From NCBI GenBank assembly GCA_021846505.1, contig JAJZWV010000006.1, positions 14,448 to 78,447 on the forward strand: DNA of 64,000 nt. Direction: 5' to 3'. The stretch is from Bacillota bacterium (GTDB lineage Bacteria > Bacillota > Sulfobacillia > Sulfobacillales > JAIMBI01). The first letter of the stretch is position 1. Each line of letters starts with the position of its first letter. The position numbers and the translations under genes were made by a program. Positions 8,724 to 18,121 of this stretch are shown here, in pieces. The notes beneath the pieces were generated by a model that did no database searches, was not told the DNA's origin, and saw only the letters and a list, made by a program, of their open reading frames with translations.

Positions 8724-9914
8724 CTACAGCTCGATCCGGCGCGTGTGCCAGCCCACCAGCACGGCTGCGCCCACGATCCATGCCACGGCCACCAGCAGCC
8801 CCAGTGTGGGCGACGACCCCGGCATGCCGAACACCCAGCCGGCACTGTGGTGCATCCAGTGCCCAAACTGCAGATAGGTGCTGGGGAGCCAGGTGAGCCA
8901 GCGCTGCCCTGAGTACACCAGTGCCAAGTTGGGGATGGCCACCAACGCGGCCGCCAGCAGCGCCACCACGGCGGGCTGGTGCACTAGCCACCCCAGCGCC
9001 GCGGCCGCAGACAGGATGGCGGCGAGCGGCAGGATGCTCCCGAGCACTGCAGTCACCGCAAACGCCGGCAGGCTGGCCACGGCCACCTGGCTCGGCGAGA
9101 CAATCACGGCAAAGGACTCCGGCGCCACGGCGACCCCACCGAAGGTGTGCAGCACCATCGATTGATAGGCCACCTCCGGGACCGCCCACAGCAGCCCGGC
9201 GCCAAAGGCGGCGGTCCCAGCCACATACAGGGCCAGGGCCGCCCCCACCAGCACGCCAGCAGCCACCGCCCACACCAGCGCGCCTTTAGCGAGCAGCACC
9301 GCCGCCCGGCCGGGCGGGTCCAGCCACAGGCGGTTCCAGGTGCCGGACTGAAACTCCTGCCCCAGCACGTCCGCTGCCAGCACCAGCGCCAGCAGCGCAT
9401 ACAGCACCACCAGCGGCCCACTGAAGACACGGCTCACGAGCCACCAGCCGCTCCGCGGGTGAGGTCCGGCGCCAATGGGCAGATGGTGCGCCTGGCTGTA
9501 CCGCGCCTCTTTCCAGGCGGAGACGGCCTGAGCGTAGTGAGCCCACGCCAGGTTTCGGCCATGCACCGCCAGCATGACGCGGTGCGCCGCTTGCTCCAGG
9601 GCGCTCACTGGAGGTAGCTGTGCGCCGCTCTGGCGCGCCAGGGCGTACTGAGCCTGACGCAAGTCCAGCGCCGTCAGCAGCTTCGCCGTGCCGCGACTGG
9701 TGGCGAGGCCGGCCTCGTCATATTTCACCTCCTGGCGCAGGGCCGTGGCCGTTTGCGCCGGGGCCGCCGCCTGCGGCACGGCCATGGCGGCAGTCGCAGC
9801 CACGGTCAGGATGCCCAGCCCGATGAGCCCCAGGGCCACCCGGCGGCGCCGGCGAAACTTGACCCACTCGTTTTGGAAAGCGCCCCACCAGAGCGCCAGC
9901 CAGTTGGTCTGCAC
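8724..9914 (-). CDS. ABC-2 type exporter permease (paralog 2)
   Basis: NEWVKF start, EFQSGTWNRL...KG motif, multiple TM helices; GTG with GGAGG RBS. Confidence 0.8.
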   Translation of the reverse strand: MQTNWLALWWGAFQNEWVKFRRRRRVALGLIGLGILTVAATAAMAVPQAAAPAQTATALRQEVKYDEAGLATSRGTAKLLTALDLRQAQYALARQSGAQLPPVSALEQAAHRVMLAVHGRNLAWAHYAQAVSAWKEARYSQAHHLPIGAGPHPRSGWWLVSRVFSGPLVVLYALLALVLAADVLGQEFQSGTWNRLWLDPPGRAAVLLAKGALVWAVAAGVLVGAALALYVAGTAAFGAGLLWAVPEVAYQSMVLHTFGGVAVAPESFAVIVSPSQVAVASLPAFAVTAVLGSILPLAAILSAAAALGWLVHQPAVVALLAAALVAIPNLALVYSGQRWLTWLPSTYLQFGHWMHHSAGWVFGMPGSSPTLGLLVAVAWIVGAAVLVGWHTRRIEL

Positions 9915-9916
9915 CC

Positions 9917-11089
9917 CTACACCTCCACCCGCCGCTGATGCCACGCCACCACCACGCATGCCAACGCCACCCACGCCACACACATCCCGAGAGCCAGCGG
10001 CACCGACACGACGAGCGCGCTCTGCCCCAGGATCTGCCCCTCCAGCCAGCGGCCAAATTCTAGGTAGCTGCCGGGCAGCCAGGCAATCCACGGCGAGACG
10101 TTGCCGGCCAGCGACAGGACGGGCGCCGCGGCAAAGCCCGCCGCCAAGAGCGTCGCCAGCGTGCCCTGGTGAATGAAATATCCTAAGGCAGCCGCCACCG
10201 CCACCACCCCGGCGATCGGCAGGAGACTGCCCAGGACCGATAGGACGTCTAAGTTGGCCAGGCTGGTGGGCGTGACTTGGCGCGCATGCAAGATGGCCGG
10301 CATCTGGAACGCCCCGCTGGGGTAGTGGACCAGCACGCGCACGTAGCTCACTTCGTTCACCACCCAGCCCGCATGCGCCCCGAACGCCACGGTGCCCGCC
10401 GCGAACAGCAGCACTCCCGCCCCCACCATGACGCCCACGGCGGCCGCCAGGGCCAGAACGCCTTTGGCCAGCAGCAGCGGGCCGCGCGGAGGCGGGTCGA
10501 GCCACAGGCGATTCCAGGTGTGGGTGTGCGACTCCATTCCCAAGATGTCGGCCGTCAGCAGCACCGCCAGCAAGCCAAACAGCAGGACAAACGTTCCCGA
10601 AAACACGTCGCTCACGAGCCACCAGCCACTGCGCGGCGAGCTGGTGGGCTGGAGCTCCACGTGGTGCGCCGCCGCGTACTGGGCGTCCCGGTACGCGGTG
10701 ACCGCGGAGCCGTAGCCGTCCGCGGCGCGGTGCCCGCGCGCCTCCGCCACGGTCCAGCGCCGCGTGGCCCGGATGATGGGCGCCATCGGCGGGAGGGTGC
10801 GGCCGGTCACCGCCGCCAGGTCATAGCGTGCCAGCAGCAGATTGGCCTCATCGCCCAGCCGGGCGGCACCCTGGTTCTGCTTGGCCATGGCCTGATACTG
10901 GACAATCTGAGAGCGGTCTGACTTGGCCAGCGCCGCGGGAGTGTTGGCCGGGTTGAGTCCGCTCTGAGACTGAGTGACCAGCAGCGTCAGCACCACCAGG
11001 CCCCCGAGGCCGATCCACACCCGCCGCCTCCGCCGAAACTTCAGCCATTCGTTTTGCACTAAGCCCCACCACTGTACGATGCCTGACAT
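9917..11089 (-). CDS. ABC-2 type exporter permease (paralog 1)
   Basis: NEWLKF and ESHTHTWNRL...KG motifs, TM helices; GGAGG RBS before the ATG. Confidence 0.8.
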   Translation of the reverse strand: MSGIVQWWGLVQNEWLKFRRRRRVWIGLGGLVVLTLLVTQSQSGLNPANTPAALAKSDRSQIVQYQAMAKQNQGAARLGDEANLLLARYDLAAVTGRTLPPMAPIIRATRRWTVAEARGHRAADGYGSAVTAYRDAQYAAAHHVELQPTSSPRSGWWLVSDVFSGTFVLLFGLLAVLLTADILGMESHTHTWNRLWLDPPPRGPLLLAKGVLALAAAVGVMVGAGVLLFAAGTVAFGAHAGWVVNEVSYVRVLVHYPSGAFQMPAILHARQVTPTSLANLDVLSVLGSLLPIAGVVAVAAALGYFIHQGTLATLLAAGFAAAPVLSLAGNVSPWIAWLPGSYLEFGRWLEGQILGQSALVVSVPLALGMCVAWVALACVVVAWHQRRVEV

Positions 11090-11151
11090 GACCTGCCTCC
11101 TCGCGCGCCCCGGCGCCCTGGATCTATCGGATCGCAGATGCTGGTGCGTCA

Positions 11152-11883
11152 TCAGGCCAGCGGCGTGAGCACGCTGCCCATCACCGCCTGATAGCGCTCT
11201 TCCATCCACTCGGCTGACCGATCGCCCACCATCTCGTCTGCCACCACGGTGCCGCCCTTGAGAAAGAGCACCCGCGTGACCATCTTTACCAGGTCCCCCA
11301 GCACGTGGCTGGACACGCACACGGCGGTGCCGCGCTGGCTCAGGTTGGCGATGGTGTCGCGCAGCCAGCGCACCGCATCCGGGTCCAACCCGTTGGTGGC
11401 TTCGTCTAAAAGCAGGAACGGTGGGTCCGGCAGCAGCGCCGTGGCGAGCGCCACCCGCTGTCGCTGGCCCTGCGACAGCTTGTGGGTGGGCACGGTCCAA
11501 AACGCCTCGAGGTCCAAGGCCGATCGGACCACGCTGATGCGGTCGGCCCCCACGCCCGGGTGCACGCGCCGCTTCATCTCCAGGTGATCGCGGCACGACA
11601 GGTAGGGGTACAGCGGCGCCAGCTCGCCCACCACGCCGATGCCCGCGCGCCGCGCTCGTGCCGCCGCCCCATCCGCTGTGCCATCCCACCGCACATGGCC
11701 GCGGTCCGGCTGCCACAGTCCCACCGCCACCTTGAACAGCGTGGTTTTGCCCACGCCATTAGGCCCCACCAGCCCCACCGCCTCCCCGGGGCGAATGGCC
11801 AGCGAAACATCTTTCAAAATGGGCTGCCGCTTGGCCTTATCCACATGCTCCAGCTCCAGCCCCACCGACGACAGGGTGCTCAC
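11152..11883 (-). CDS. ABC transporter ATP-binding protein
   Basis: Walker A GPNGVGKT, signature LSQGQ, Walker B LLLDEATNGLD, SSH switch. Confidence 0.92.
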   Translation of the reverse strand: MSTLSSVGLELEHVDKAKRQPILKDVSLAIRPGEAVGLVGPNGVGKTTLFKVAVGLWQPDRGHVRWDGTADGAAARARRAGIGVVGELAPLYPYLSCRDHLEMKRRVHPGVGADRISVVRSALDLEAFWTVPTHKLSQGQRQRVALATALLPDPPFLLLDEATNGLDPDAVRWLRDTIANLSQRGTAVCVSSHVLGDLVKMVTRVLFLKGGTVVADEMVGDRSAEWMEERYQAVMGSVLTPLA

Positions 11884-12094
11884 TCTTGGTCCACTTCCTC
11901 TCGCGCTGCCTTGGGAGCGGGACGCACCAGGGCGGCACGCGGTTTCATGCTCGCTATCAACCGGGCCTAGGGCGGTGTCCGCCCCCCTCCTGCACCGGCC
12001 CCGGCCCCACGCTAGCTGCGGCCCCTCTGACATATCCGCACTCGCGGCAGCGACTGGAAAAAATAGTACGCCATGGTCATTGGAGGGGGTAAGC

Positions 12095-12277
12095 GTGGTC
12101 GTGCGGCGAGGCATCGGCGCCGTAATGGCGCTGATTGGCTTAGTGTGGCTGCAGCAGGGCATTGGGGTGCTGGGCGGCAGCTTCATGTCAGGCAGTACCG
12201 TGGGGGCCACGATTGGGCTGGGGCTGGTGTTGGCGGGAGCCTGGCTTGTTGTGGGCCAAAACCGCCGCCGGCGCTAA
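12095..12277 (+). CDS. Small two-TM membrane protein (60 aa)
   Basis: GGAGGGG RBS then GTG; GLVWLQQGIGVLGGSFMSG re-entrant motif; basic C-terminal tail. Confidence 0.7.
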   Translation: MVVRRGIGAVMALIGLVWLQQGIGVLGGSFMSGSTVGATIGLGLVLAGAWLVVGQNRRRR

Positions 12278-12376
12278 ATGCTCCAGCACTGGCGCCATAA
12301 TTTGGTGAGCGCCATCCGCTCGACCGCCTCAGAGCACTTCGGTGCGAAAAATGGCGGCTTTCTGGCTGGCGAAACC

Positions 12377-12405
12377 TTGACCGCACGCCGCCAAGTTGCT
12401 AGCAT
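12377..12405 (+). promoter_or_regulatory. sigmaA-type promoter for the tRNA-Asn/Ile pair
   Basis: TTGACC-N17-TAGCAT with extended -10 TG, 12 nt before the tRNA. Confidence 0.75.
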
Positions 12406-12416
12406 GAGGTTGATGC

Positions 12417-12492
12417 TCCTCGATAGCTCAATTGGTAGAGCACTCGGCTGTTAACCGAGTGGTTGCAGGTTCGAGTCCTGCTCGAGGAGCCA
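12417..12492 (+). tRNA. tRNA-Asn(GTT)
   Basis: TCCTCGA/TCGAGGA acceptor stem, CTGTTAA anticodon loop, GTTCGAG T-loop, encoded CCA. Confidence 0.97.
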
Positions 12493-12500
12493 TTCTTTTT

Positions 12501-12576
12501 GGGCCCATAGCTCAGTGGTTAGAGCTGCCGGCTCATAACCGGTTGGTCGGGGGTTCGAATCCTCCTGGGCCCACCA
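12501..12576 (+). tRNA. tRNA with CAT anticodon, most likely tRNA-Ile2 (lysidine)
   Basis: Fully paired GGGCCCA/TGGGCCC acceptor (not an initiator), C4:G69 and C5:G68 pairs typical of TilS substrates, CTCATAA loop, CCA. Confidence 0.9.
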
Positions 12577-12648
12577 CCTTGCCTGAGAGCCGCTTAATCG
12601 CCCTATTTGCACTTTCCGCTGGCGCCAGCTGTCATAGGAGGAGTGGCC

Positions 12649-13029
12649 GTGACCAACCACCACATCTCGGTCGTGTCCGTGCCCGTCACGGATGTCGACC
12701 GCAGCAAAGCGTTTTACATGGACGTGCTGGGCTTTGAACTGGTTATGGACAACACCATGGCCGACGGCACGCTGCGCTGGGTGATGCTGCGGCCGTCGGC
12801 GGGCGGCACTGCCATCACGCTGGTGACGTGGTTCGAGCGCATGCCCGCAGGCTCGCTGCAAGGCACCGTGCTGGCCGTGCCGGACCTGAATGCGGCCATC
12901 ACCGCGCTCACCGCGCACCAAGTGGAATTCACGCCGCCCGAGTCATCCCCGTGGGGCCGCTGGGTGACGATTCACGACCTCGACGGCAACAGCTGGGTGA
13001 TCCAGCAGAACGCCCCCGCGCCCGCTTAG
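12649..13029 (+). CDS. VOC/glyoxalase family protein
   Basis: VPVTDVDRSKAFYMDVLGF...PWGR...DLDGNSW; AGGAGG RBS with GTG start. Confidence 0.88.
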   Translation: MTNHHISVVSVPVTDVDRSKAFYMDVLGFELVMDNTMADGTLRWVMLRPSAGGTAITLVTWFERMPAGSLQGTVLAVPDLNAAITALTAHQVEFTPPESSPWGRWVTIHDLDGNSWVIQQNAPAPA

Positions 13030-13562
13030 TTGGTGGACGAGTGGCTCGACAGGGCCAGCGTGGACAGCAGCGCCGCCAGCAGTCCGAGCGCCAGCGACGA
13101 TGCGTCATCCGGCCGCTCGGCATGCACCCGATCCGCCAGCACTTTCATATCGCTCAGCGCGTCGGGGGGCAGGTCGGCACCCACAGTCAGGCGCTTCCGG
13201 TAATCTTGCAGCCGCCGCCCCTCCTCCGTGCTCAGCGGATTCTCCCACTCGTGCTCGTCGGCGATTCGCGGAGAGTGCATCCAGCAACTTCGCCCCCAGC
13301 GTGTCCGCCGTCTGCCGGTTGGCTTGGGCATCCTCACGCACAATCACGGCTGGCAGCAGCGTGCTCAGCGCTTGCGTATTGAGTCGCGTGACGGCATGGA
13401 GGTCATCCCGGCGCCGCTGCAGCACGGCGCCCACCTCATCCACCCGCCCGCCCAGCCCCTCGAGGGCATGAGTCAAGTCGGCCCGCCAATTGCGAAAGAC
13501 GCCGCCAGGCCCAGCAGCGCGGCGACGATAACCGCCCCATCGTCCCATGCCGCCATGCTCAT
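13026..13562 (-). pseudogene. Hypothetical membrane-anchored helical protein split by two apparent frameshifts
   Basis: GAGGAGG RBS and ATG, then a hydrophobic N-terminus; the coding-like helical sequence continues in two further frames. Confidence 0.5.
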
Positions 13563-14026
13563 CCTCCTGTCGCTGTCAGCCTATTCCTCGGGAGCGAACC
13601 GCGGACGCGATGCGAAGCCGTGGACCGTCCCTGCCTGGCGAAATCTTTCGAGGGCCTGAGAGACATCAAACCGCGGACGGCTTAGCGGCGAGCGGCCGGC
13701 AGCGGAACGAGGATGCTTGCCTGCTGCGGTGCCGCGACACCATTGGTCTGCCCATCGCCTAACCGTGACCTGGCTGTGCGCTCCGATGCTTTGCCTCGCG
13801 CCTGCCGCAAAACCCGCCTGCCACCACGCCTTCGGCCTGGCCGGATAGGGCGAGCGCCCGTCGTGTCTTCAGCACGCCGCAAGCAGGTCGTGCTGGCCGA
13901 CCCTTGGCGCGTTCGAGACAGGACGCCAGCCACACGGCACGGACAAGACACCTCGTGACCGCGGCGCATTGCTTCGCGAATGCCGGCACGCCGCTATCCC
14001 ATGCACCCCGAATTCCACTCAGACAC

Positions 14027-14058
14027 AAAAGCGCCCAGGGTGCGAATGCCCCGGGCGG
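14027..14058 (-). terminator. Probable terminator after tRNA-Val
   Basis: CGCCCGGGG...CCCTGGGCG hairpin followed by CTTTTG on the minus strand. Confidence 0.55.
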
Positions 14059-14070
14059 CCCTCAAACTTC

Positions 14071-14145
14071 TGGTGGGCACGGGAGGTATCGAACCTCCGA
14101 CCTCTTGAATGTGAGTCAAGCGCTCTACCACTGAGCTACGCGCCC
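14071..14145 (-). tRNA. tRNA-Val(CAC)
   Basis: Reverse complement folds as GGGCGCG...CTTGA-CTCACAT-TCAAG...GTTCGAT...CGTGCCC-ACCA. Confidence 0.95.
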
Positions 14146-14157
14146 GCCACCACGGCC

Positions 14158-14186
14158 AGTTTAGCGGCGCCGCGAGCTGCCGTCAA
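14158..14186 (-). promoter_or_regulatory. sigmaA-type promoter for tRNA-Val
   Basis: TTGACG-N17-TAAACT on the minus strand, 13 nt upstream of the tRNA. Confidence 0.75.
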
Positions 14187-14403
14187 CCGTCCGAGCCCGC
14201 GGATTGCACCGCGCCACCTTGTCCAGAACCTGTCGCGCCCTGCAGGTCGCCCGTGCCGCGCCGGCCTTCAGCGCCGCATCTGTCAAGCATCCAAGCGGGA
14301 TCGGCTTCACGGCGCGCCCCACGTCGTCTTCGTCCGTCACATATTTTCATGTCGCGACACTTATTGCGAATACACATCGGCAACTTTATGCGATGATGGG
14401 CAC

Positions 14404-15582
14404 ATGATGCACGAAGCGACGGAGGCCCCACGTATCGAAGCGATCTCCCTTGGGCCGCGGTGCGACAGTTCGGTGGAAGCGTCGCCGCTAGCCGCAGCCG
14501 CTGGATTGCTGCCCGCTGTCGATGCGGGCGTCATCAGCCCACCCGGGGCAGAGGCGCTGCGCGCCCTGCCCGGATGGCTGGGAGCCCGCGCGCTGTTGCT
14601 GCACGGCCGCGTATTTCGCGACGAGGTTGCGTTGCACCTCATGCGCGGCGCCACCCTGCCCACACGCCCCGAGGACATCCGTGTCTGGCTGGCGGAGCCG
14701 GACCAAAATTTTTTTGACCGACTGCTGGTACGCGCGGCGCTCGAGGGACTGGCACACTACGCCACCCGGCCACCCAACCCGCTGGTCGAGGCGGTCCGCG
14801 TGCGCTGGCCCAATCCCCTGCCGGCGGCGGATCGCCTGATGGAGCAGCCCGATCTCGCTCGCGAAATAATCATGACGCAAACCATTGCTTGGGCAGCCGC
14901 GACCCCCGCCGCGCTTCCCCTCGTGCATGACGGCGCACGCTTGGGCAGCGTGTTGGCGGACGCCTTGGCCCTGGTGCTCCAGCTCACGGGAGTGGCGGCG
15001 GCCCCATCCTCGCCCGCCAGCGCCTCGGGCGCCGCGGCAGTCCTGGAGCAATTTACGGGGCGGCCAGTGCCGGCCGGCTTCGCAGCGGACTTGGGACGTG
15101 TGGCCCGCCTCGTTCTGGTGCCGGCCGTGGGGCTGGGAGATCAGGTGCTGCCCTGGCGACTGGGCAACGGCATGGTCCTGTGGGCGGAGGCGAGCCCGCC
15201 GCGGGCACGACCAGCCGACCCGGCGCCGGGGCAGGTGCCGGTCTGGTCCCCGGAGGAGCGCGGCGCGCTAATGCGCCTGCTGGCAGATCCGGCCGCCGCA
15301 GGGCTCTTGGAGCGTCTCGCGGCCCAAGGGCCCGCCCCGGCCCACCGCCTGGCCGCCGCACTGGACATCCACCCCTCCACGGTGTCGCGCCAGCTGAAGC
15401 GGTTGGTGCAGGCGGGGCTCGTGGCACCGGTGGCTGACGGCACCCGGGTGGTTTACCATGCGGAGGGGGCGGCTTTGCTGCCTCTGCAGGACTGGCTGGG
15501 CCAGATGGCGGACCGGCTGCACGCCTCACGCGCCGCCGGGACGGAGCCACCCAGCCTTGACCCCTTGATCCGAAGGAGATGA
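14404..15582 (+). CDS. Transcriptional regulator with C-terminal ArsR-type HTH and long N-terminal domain
   Basis: LAAALDIHPSTVSRQLKRLVQAGLV winged HTH near the C-terminus; start approximate. Confidence 0.7.
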   Translation: MMHEATEAPRIEAISLGPRCDSSVEASPLAAAAGLLPAVDAGVISPPGAEALRALPGWLGARALLLHGRVFRDEVALHLMRGATLPTRPEDIRVWLAEPDQNFFDRLLVRAALEGLAHYATRPPNPLVEAVRVRWPNPLPAADRLMEQPDLAREIIMTQTIAWAAATPAALPLVHDGARLGSVLADALALVLQLTGVAAAPSSPASASGAAAVLEQFTGRPVPAGFAADLGRVARLVLVPAVGLGDQVLPWRLGNGMVLWAEASPPRARPADPAPGQVPVWSPEERGALMRLLADPAAAGLLERLAAQGPAPAHRLAAALDIHPSTVSRQLKRLVQAGLVAPVADGTRVVYHAEGAALLPLQDWLGQMADRLHASRAAGTEPPSLDPLIRRR

Positions 15583-16334
15583 CCTCGGAAGTGAAGGACC
15601 TCACCAAACGCGTCGTCCTGGTGACCGGAGGGGGCACGGGGATTGGGCGCGCCGCCTGCCTGCGCTTGGCCGATCTGGGTGCAGACGTCGCGGTCAACTA
15701 CTCACGCTCGCGCGCGGAGGCGCTGGACGTCGCCGCGCTGGTCGAACGGCAGGGCCGCCGCGCCCTCACCGTGGCGGCTGATGTGTCCAGCGACGCCGAG
15801 GTGCAGCAGATGGTGGCTGCTGTGGGCGAGCAGCTTGGCCGCCTCGACGGGGTGGTCAACAACGCCGGCATTACCGAGCACATTGCACTGCCCGACCTAG
15901 ACGGCATCACCGATGATGTGTGGGACCGCATTATGAGCGTCAACCTGCGGGGCATGTTTTACGTGGCCCGCGCGGCCGCTCCCTGGCTGCGTCAGGCCGG
16001 CGGAGGTGCGATCGTGAATGTGGGCAGCGTCTCTGGCCTCTCGGGATCCGGGTCGTCACTCCCGTATGCCGTATCCAAGGCTGCGGTGCATGGCCTCACG
16101 CGCTCGCTGGCTCGGGCGCTCGCCCCCCACATTCGCGTCAACGCTGTGGCGCCCGGTGCCGTCGCCACCCGCTGGTGGGATGGCCGGGAGGCCGCCATGG
16201 CGCGCATGGAGCCCAGCACTCTCCTGGAGCACACCGCGTCGCCCGCCGATGTGGCCGCCGCCATTGTCAACCTGCTGCAGCAGGACTCCACGACTGGCCA
16301 GGTGCTGACGGTGGACGGCGGCGCCCACCTGTAG
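15579..16334 (+). CDS. SDR family oxidoreductase
   Basis: TGGGTGIG, NNAG, YAVSK and IRVNAVAPG motifs. Confidence 0.93.
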   Translation: MTSEVKDLTKRVVLVTGGGTGIGRAACLRLADLGADVAVNYSRSRAEALDVAALVERQGRRALTVAADVSSDAEVQQMVAAVGEQLGRLDGVVNNAGITEHIALPDLDGITDDVWDRIMSVNLRGMFYVARAAAPWLRQAGGGAIVNVGSVSGLSGSGSSLPYAVSKAAVHGLTRSLARALAPHIRVNAVAPGAVATRWWDGREAAMARMEPSTLLEHTASPADVAAAIVNLLQQDSTTGQVLTVDGGAHL

Positions 16335-16483
16335 GCCTGCCCATGCCGGCGCACAGACCCGTCCGTGACCCGGGGAGCAGGCGCGGCTCGGCACGATGAA
16401 CAGCCTGGGATGGCCTAGACTCTCCGACTAAGGGCGCGGGGGCTTGCCGGCGAACCTTTGCCCACAGCCCCCCTTGTCATCAG

Positions 16484-16635
16484 ATGGGGCGTGAAACCCC
16501 GGCTTGAGCCTTGGGGATAGGTGACCCTCGGAAACACCCGAAGGCCCCCGCGGGCATAAGCCCTGTGGCCTGCTGGGGCCAGCAGGTTTCCTCCCGGCCT
16601 GGCGAATTCGTCGCTGCGATTTAGAAGCCCGCACC
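16484..16635. mobile_element. Possible IS200/IS605-derived non-autonomous remnant
   Basis: GGGCGTGAAACCCC-GGCTTGAGCC-TTGGGGATAG hairpin resembles IS605 subterminal palindromes; GAAGCCCGCAC further downstream; no transposase. Confidence 0.35.
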
Positions 16636-16685
16636 CCTGGCCTTAAGATAATCGGGAGGGTCGACCATGTGTAGGTCCAAAGAAG

Positions 16686-17390
16686 TTGAGCGCGCTGGCC
16701 GTTCGGCGCGGCTGCCGGTTTCGCCTGGATCCCTTGCCCACCGTGGACCCGGGGCTGGGGTGTCAGCCGGACTTCGTCGCGCTGCCGCCGGCGCGGCGGA
16801 TGTTTTTGAACTGCCCGCACAACCCGACCGGCGCACTGGCCCATGGGAGCACCCTAGCGGAGGCCGTCGCCTGGGCACGGCGCACCGGAGGCCTCCTGGC
16901 ACACGACGTCGCCCAAGGCGCCATTGTATTTGACGAGCGCCGCGCCCGGGCGCGCGTGACGTGAGCGTGGAGCTGCTGAGTCTCTCCAAAACGTTTCACA
17001 TGGCCGGGTGGCGCATCGGCCTCGTGGCCGGCAGCACAGACATCGTCCATGAGTTTGACCAGCTTCAAGATCATCTAGTCCGGGGCAGTCCAAGCCGCAG
17101 CCGCCGTTGGCCTGGACGAGAGGGCCCTTTCGCGGCGAGGCCGCCGTCTGCGAGCGGCGGCGCGATACCGTCATCGAGGCTCTAGCGGCCGCGGGATGGG
17201 TCGTGCCGAAGCCCGCTGGTGACGTCTTCGTCTGGGGGCCGGTCCCCCGGCGGCGGCGGCGGCAGCTGGTTTGCGCGCTTTCTGCTGGATCGCGCCGACT
17301 GACTAGTCGCGCCCGGGGCACGGACCACCCTGACCCCGTGCTGTCCGAGGACGCACGGCGGATAGTCGCGGCGATCGGCGGCGGGGATCG
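16686..17390 (+). pseudogene. Class I/II PLP aminotransferase (LL-DAP aminotransferase-like) remnant
   Basis: FLNCPHNPTG, HDVAQ, SLSKTFHMAGWRIG (PLP lysine) and RRRDTVIEAL...PAG.VFVW spread over three frames; 5' part missing. Confidence 0.8.
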
Positions 17391-17483
17391 AGCCCGGGCC
17401 CCTTCTGACTCGAAGAGCGCTGGCGGGCACGCAGGACCATCACCCCTCCAGGTCGAATGGAGTGTCAGGGGGAGGAGCGCTCA

Positions 17484-18101
17484 ATGGCCGGATACATCAA
17501 GGTGATCGCAGGCGAAATGTTTTCCGGGAAGTCGACGGAGCTGGCGCGGCTGGTAGAGCGCGCGCTGATTGCGGGCTTGCCGGTCCAGGTGCTGGTGCCC
17601 GCGTTCTCGCACCGGGGCAGCGTGCGCGACGTGGATGGGCGCCTGGCGGCCCTGCCGGGCCAGTGGAGCATTGTGCCGGTGCCGGACGGGGCAGCGGAGC
17701 GCCTCGACCAGCTGGTGGACCCCGGCGCCCTGGTGCTCGCGGTCGACGAGGCCCAGTTTTTCGACGCACACCTGGTGGATTACTGCCGGCGATGGCGCGC
17801 GGAGGGCCGGCAGGTGCTGGTGGCCGGCTTGGACATGGATTATCGCGAGCAGCCGTTCGGCGCCATGGGGGAGCTTATGTGCATTGCCAACGAGGTGGTC
17901 AAAGTCCACGCCGTTTGCACCCGCTGCCGCCAGGCCGATGCGTTTATCTCCCACCGCCTGTCGGACGAATCGGTGCAGGTGGTGGTGGGCGAGCACAACT
18001 ATACGGCGCTGTGCTGCGACTGCTATCAGGCGGAGACGGCGCGCGGTGCAAAACCCGGCCGCGACCCCTCCAGATGGGATACACTCGAGGCAACGCCCTG
18101 A
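17484..18101 (+). CDS. tdk: Thymidine kinase
   Basis: GEMFSGKSTEL, VDEAQFFD, AGLDMDY, CTRC and Y.ALCCDCY motifs. Confidence 0.93.
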   Translation: MAGYIKVIAGEMFSGKSTELARLVERALIAGLPVQVLVPAFSHRGSVRDVDGRLAALPGQWSIVPVPDGAAERLDQLVDPGALVLAVDEAQFFDAHLVDYCRRWRAEGRQVLVAGLDMDYREQPFGAMGELMCIANEVVKVHAVCTRCRQADAFISHRLSDESVQVVVGEHNYTALCCDCYQAETARGAKPGRDPSRWDTLEATP

Positions 18102-18121
18102 CAATAATGGGGAGGTGGCGC

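Noticed and set aside
12501-12576. Calling the CAT tRNA initiator or elongator Met
   Set aside because: No C1:A72 mismatch or GGG:CCC anticodon stem; the acceptor pattern fits Ile2 better, though elongator Met is not fully excluded.
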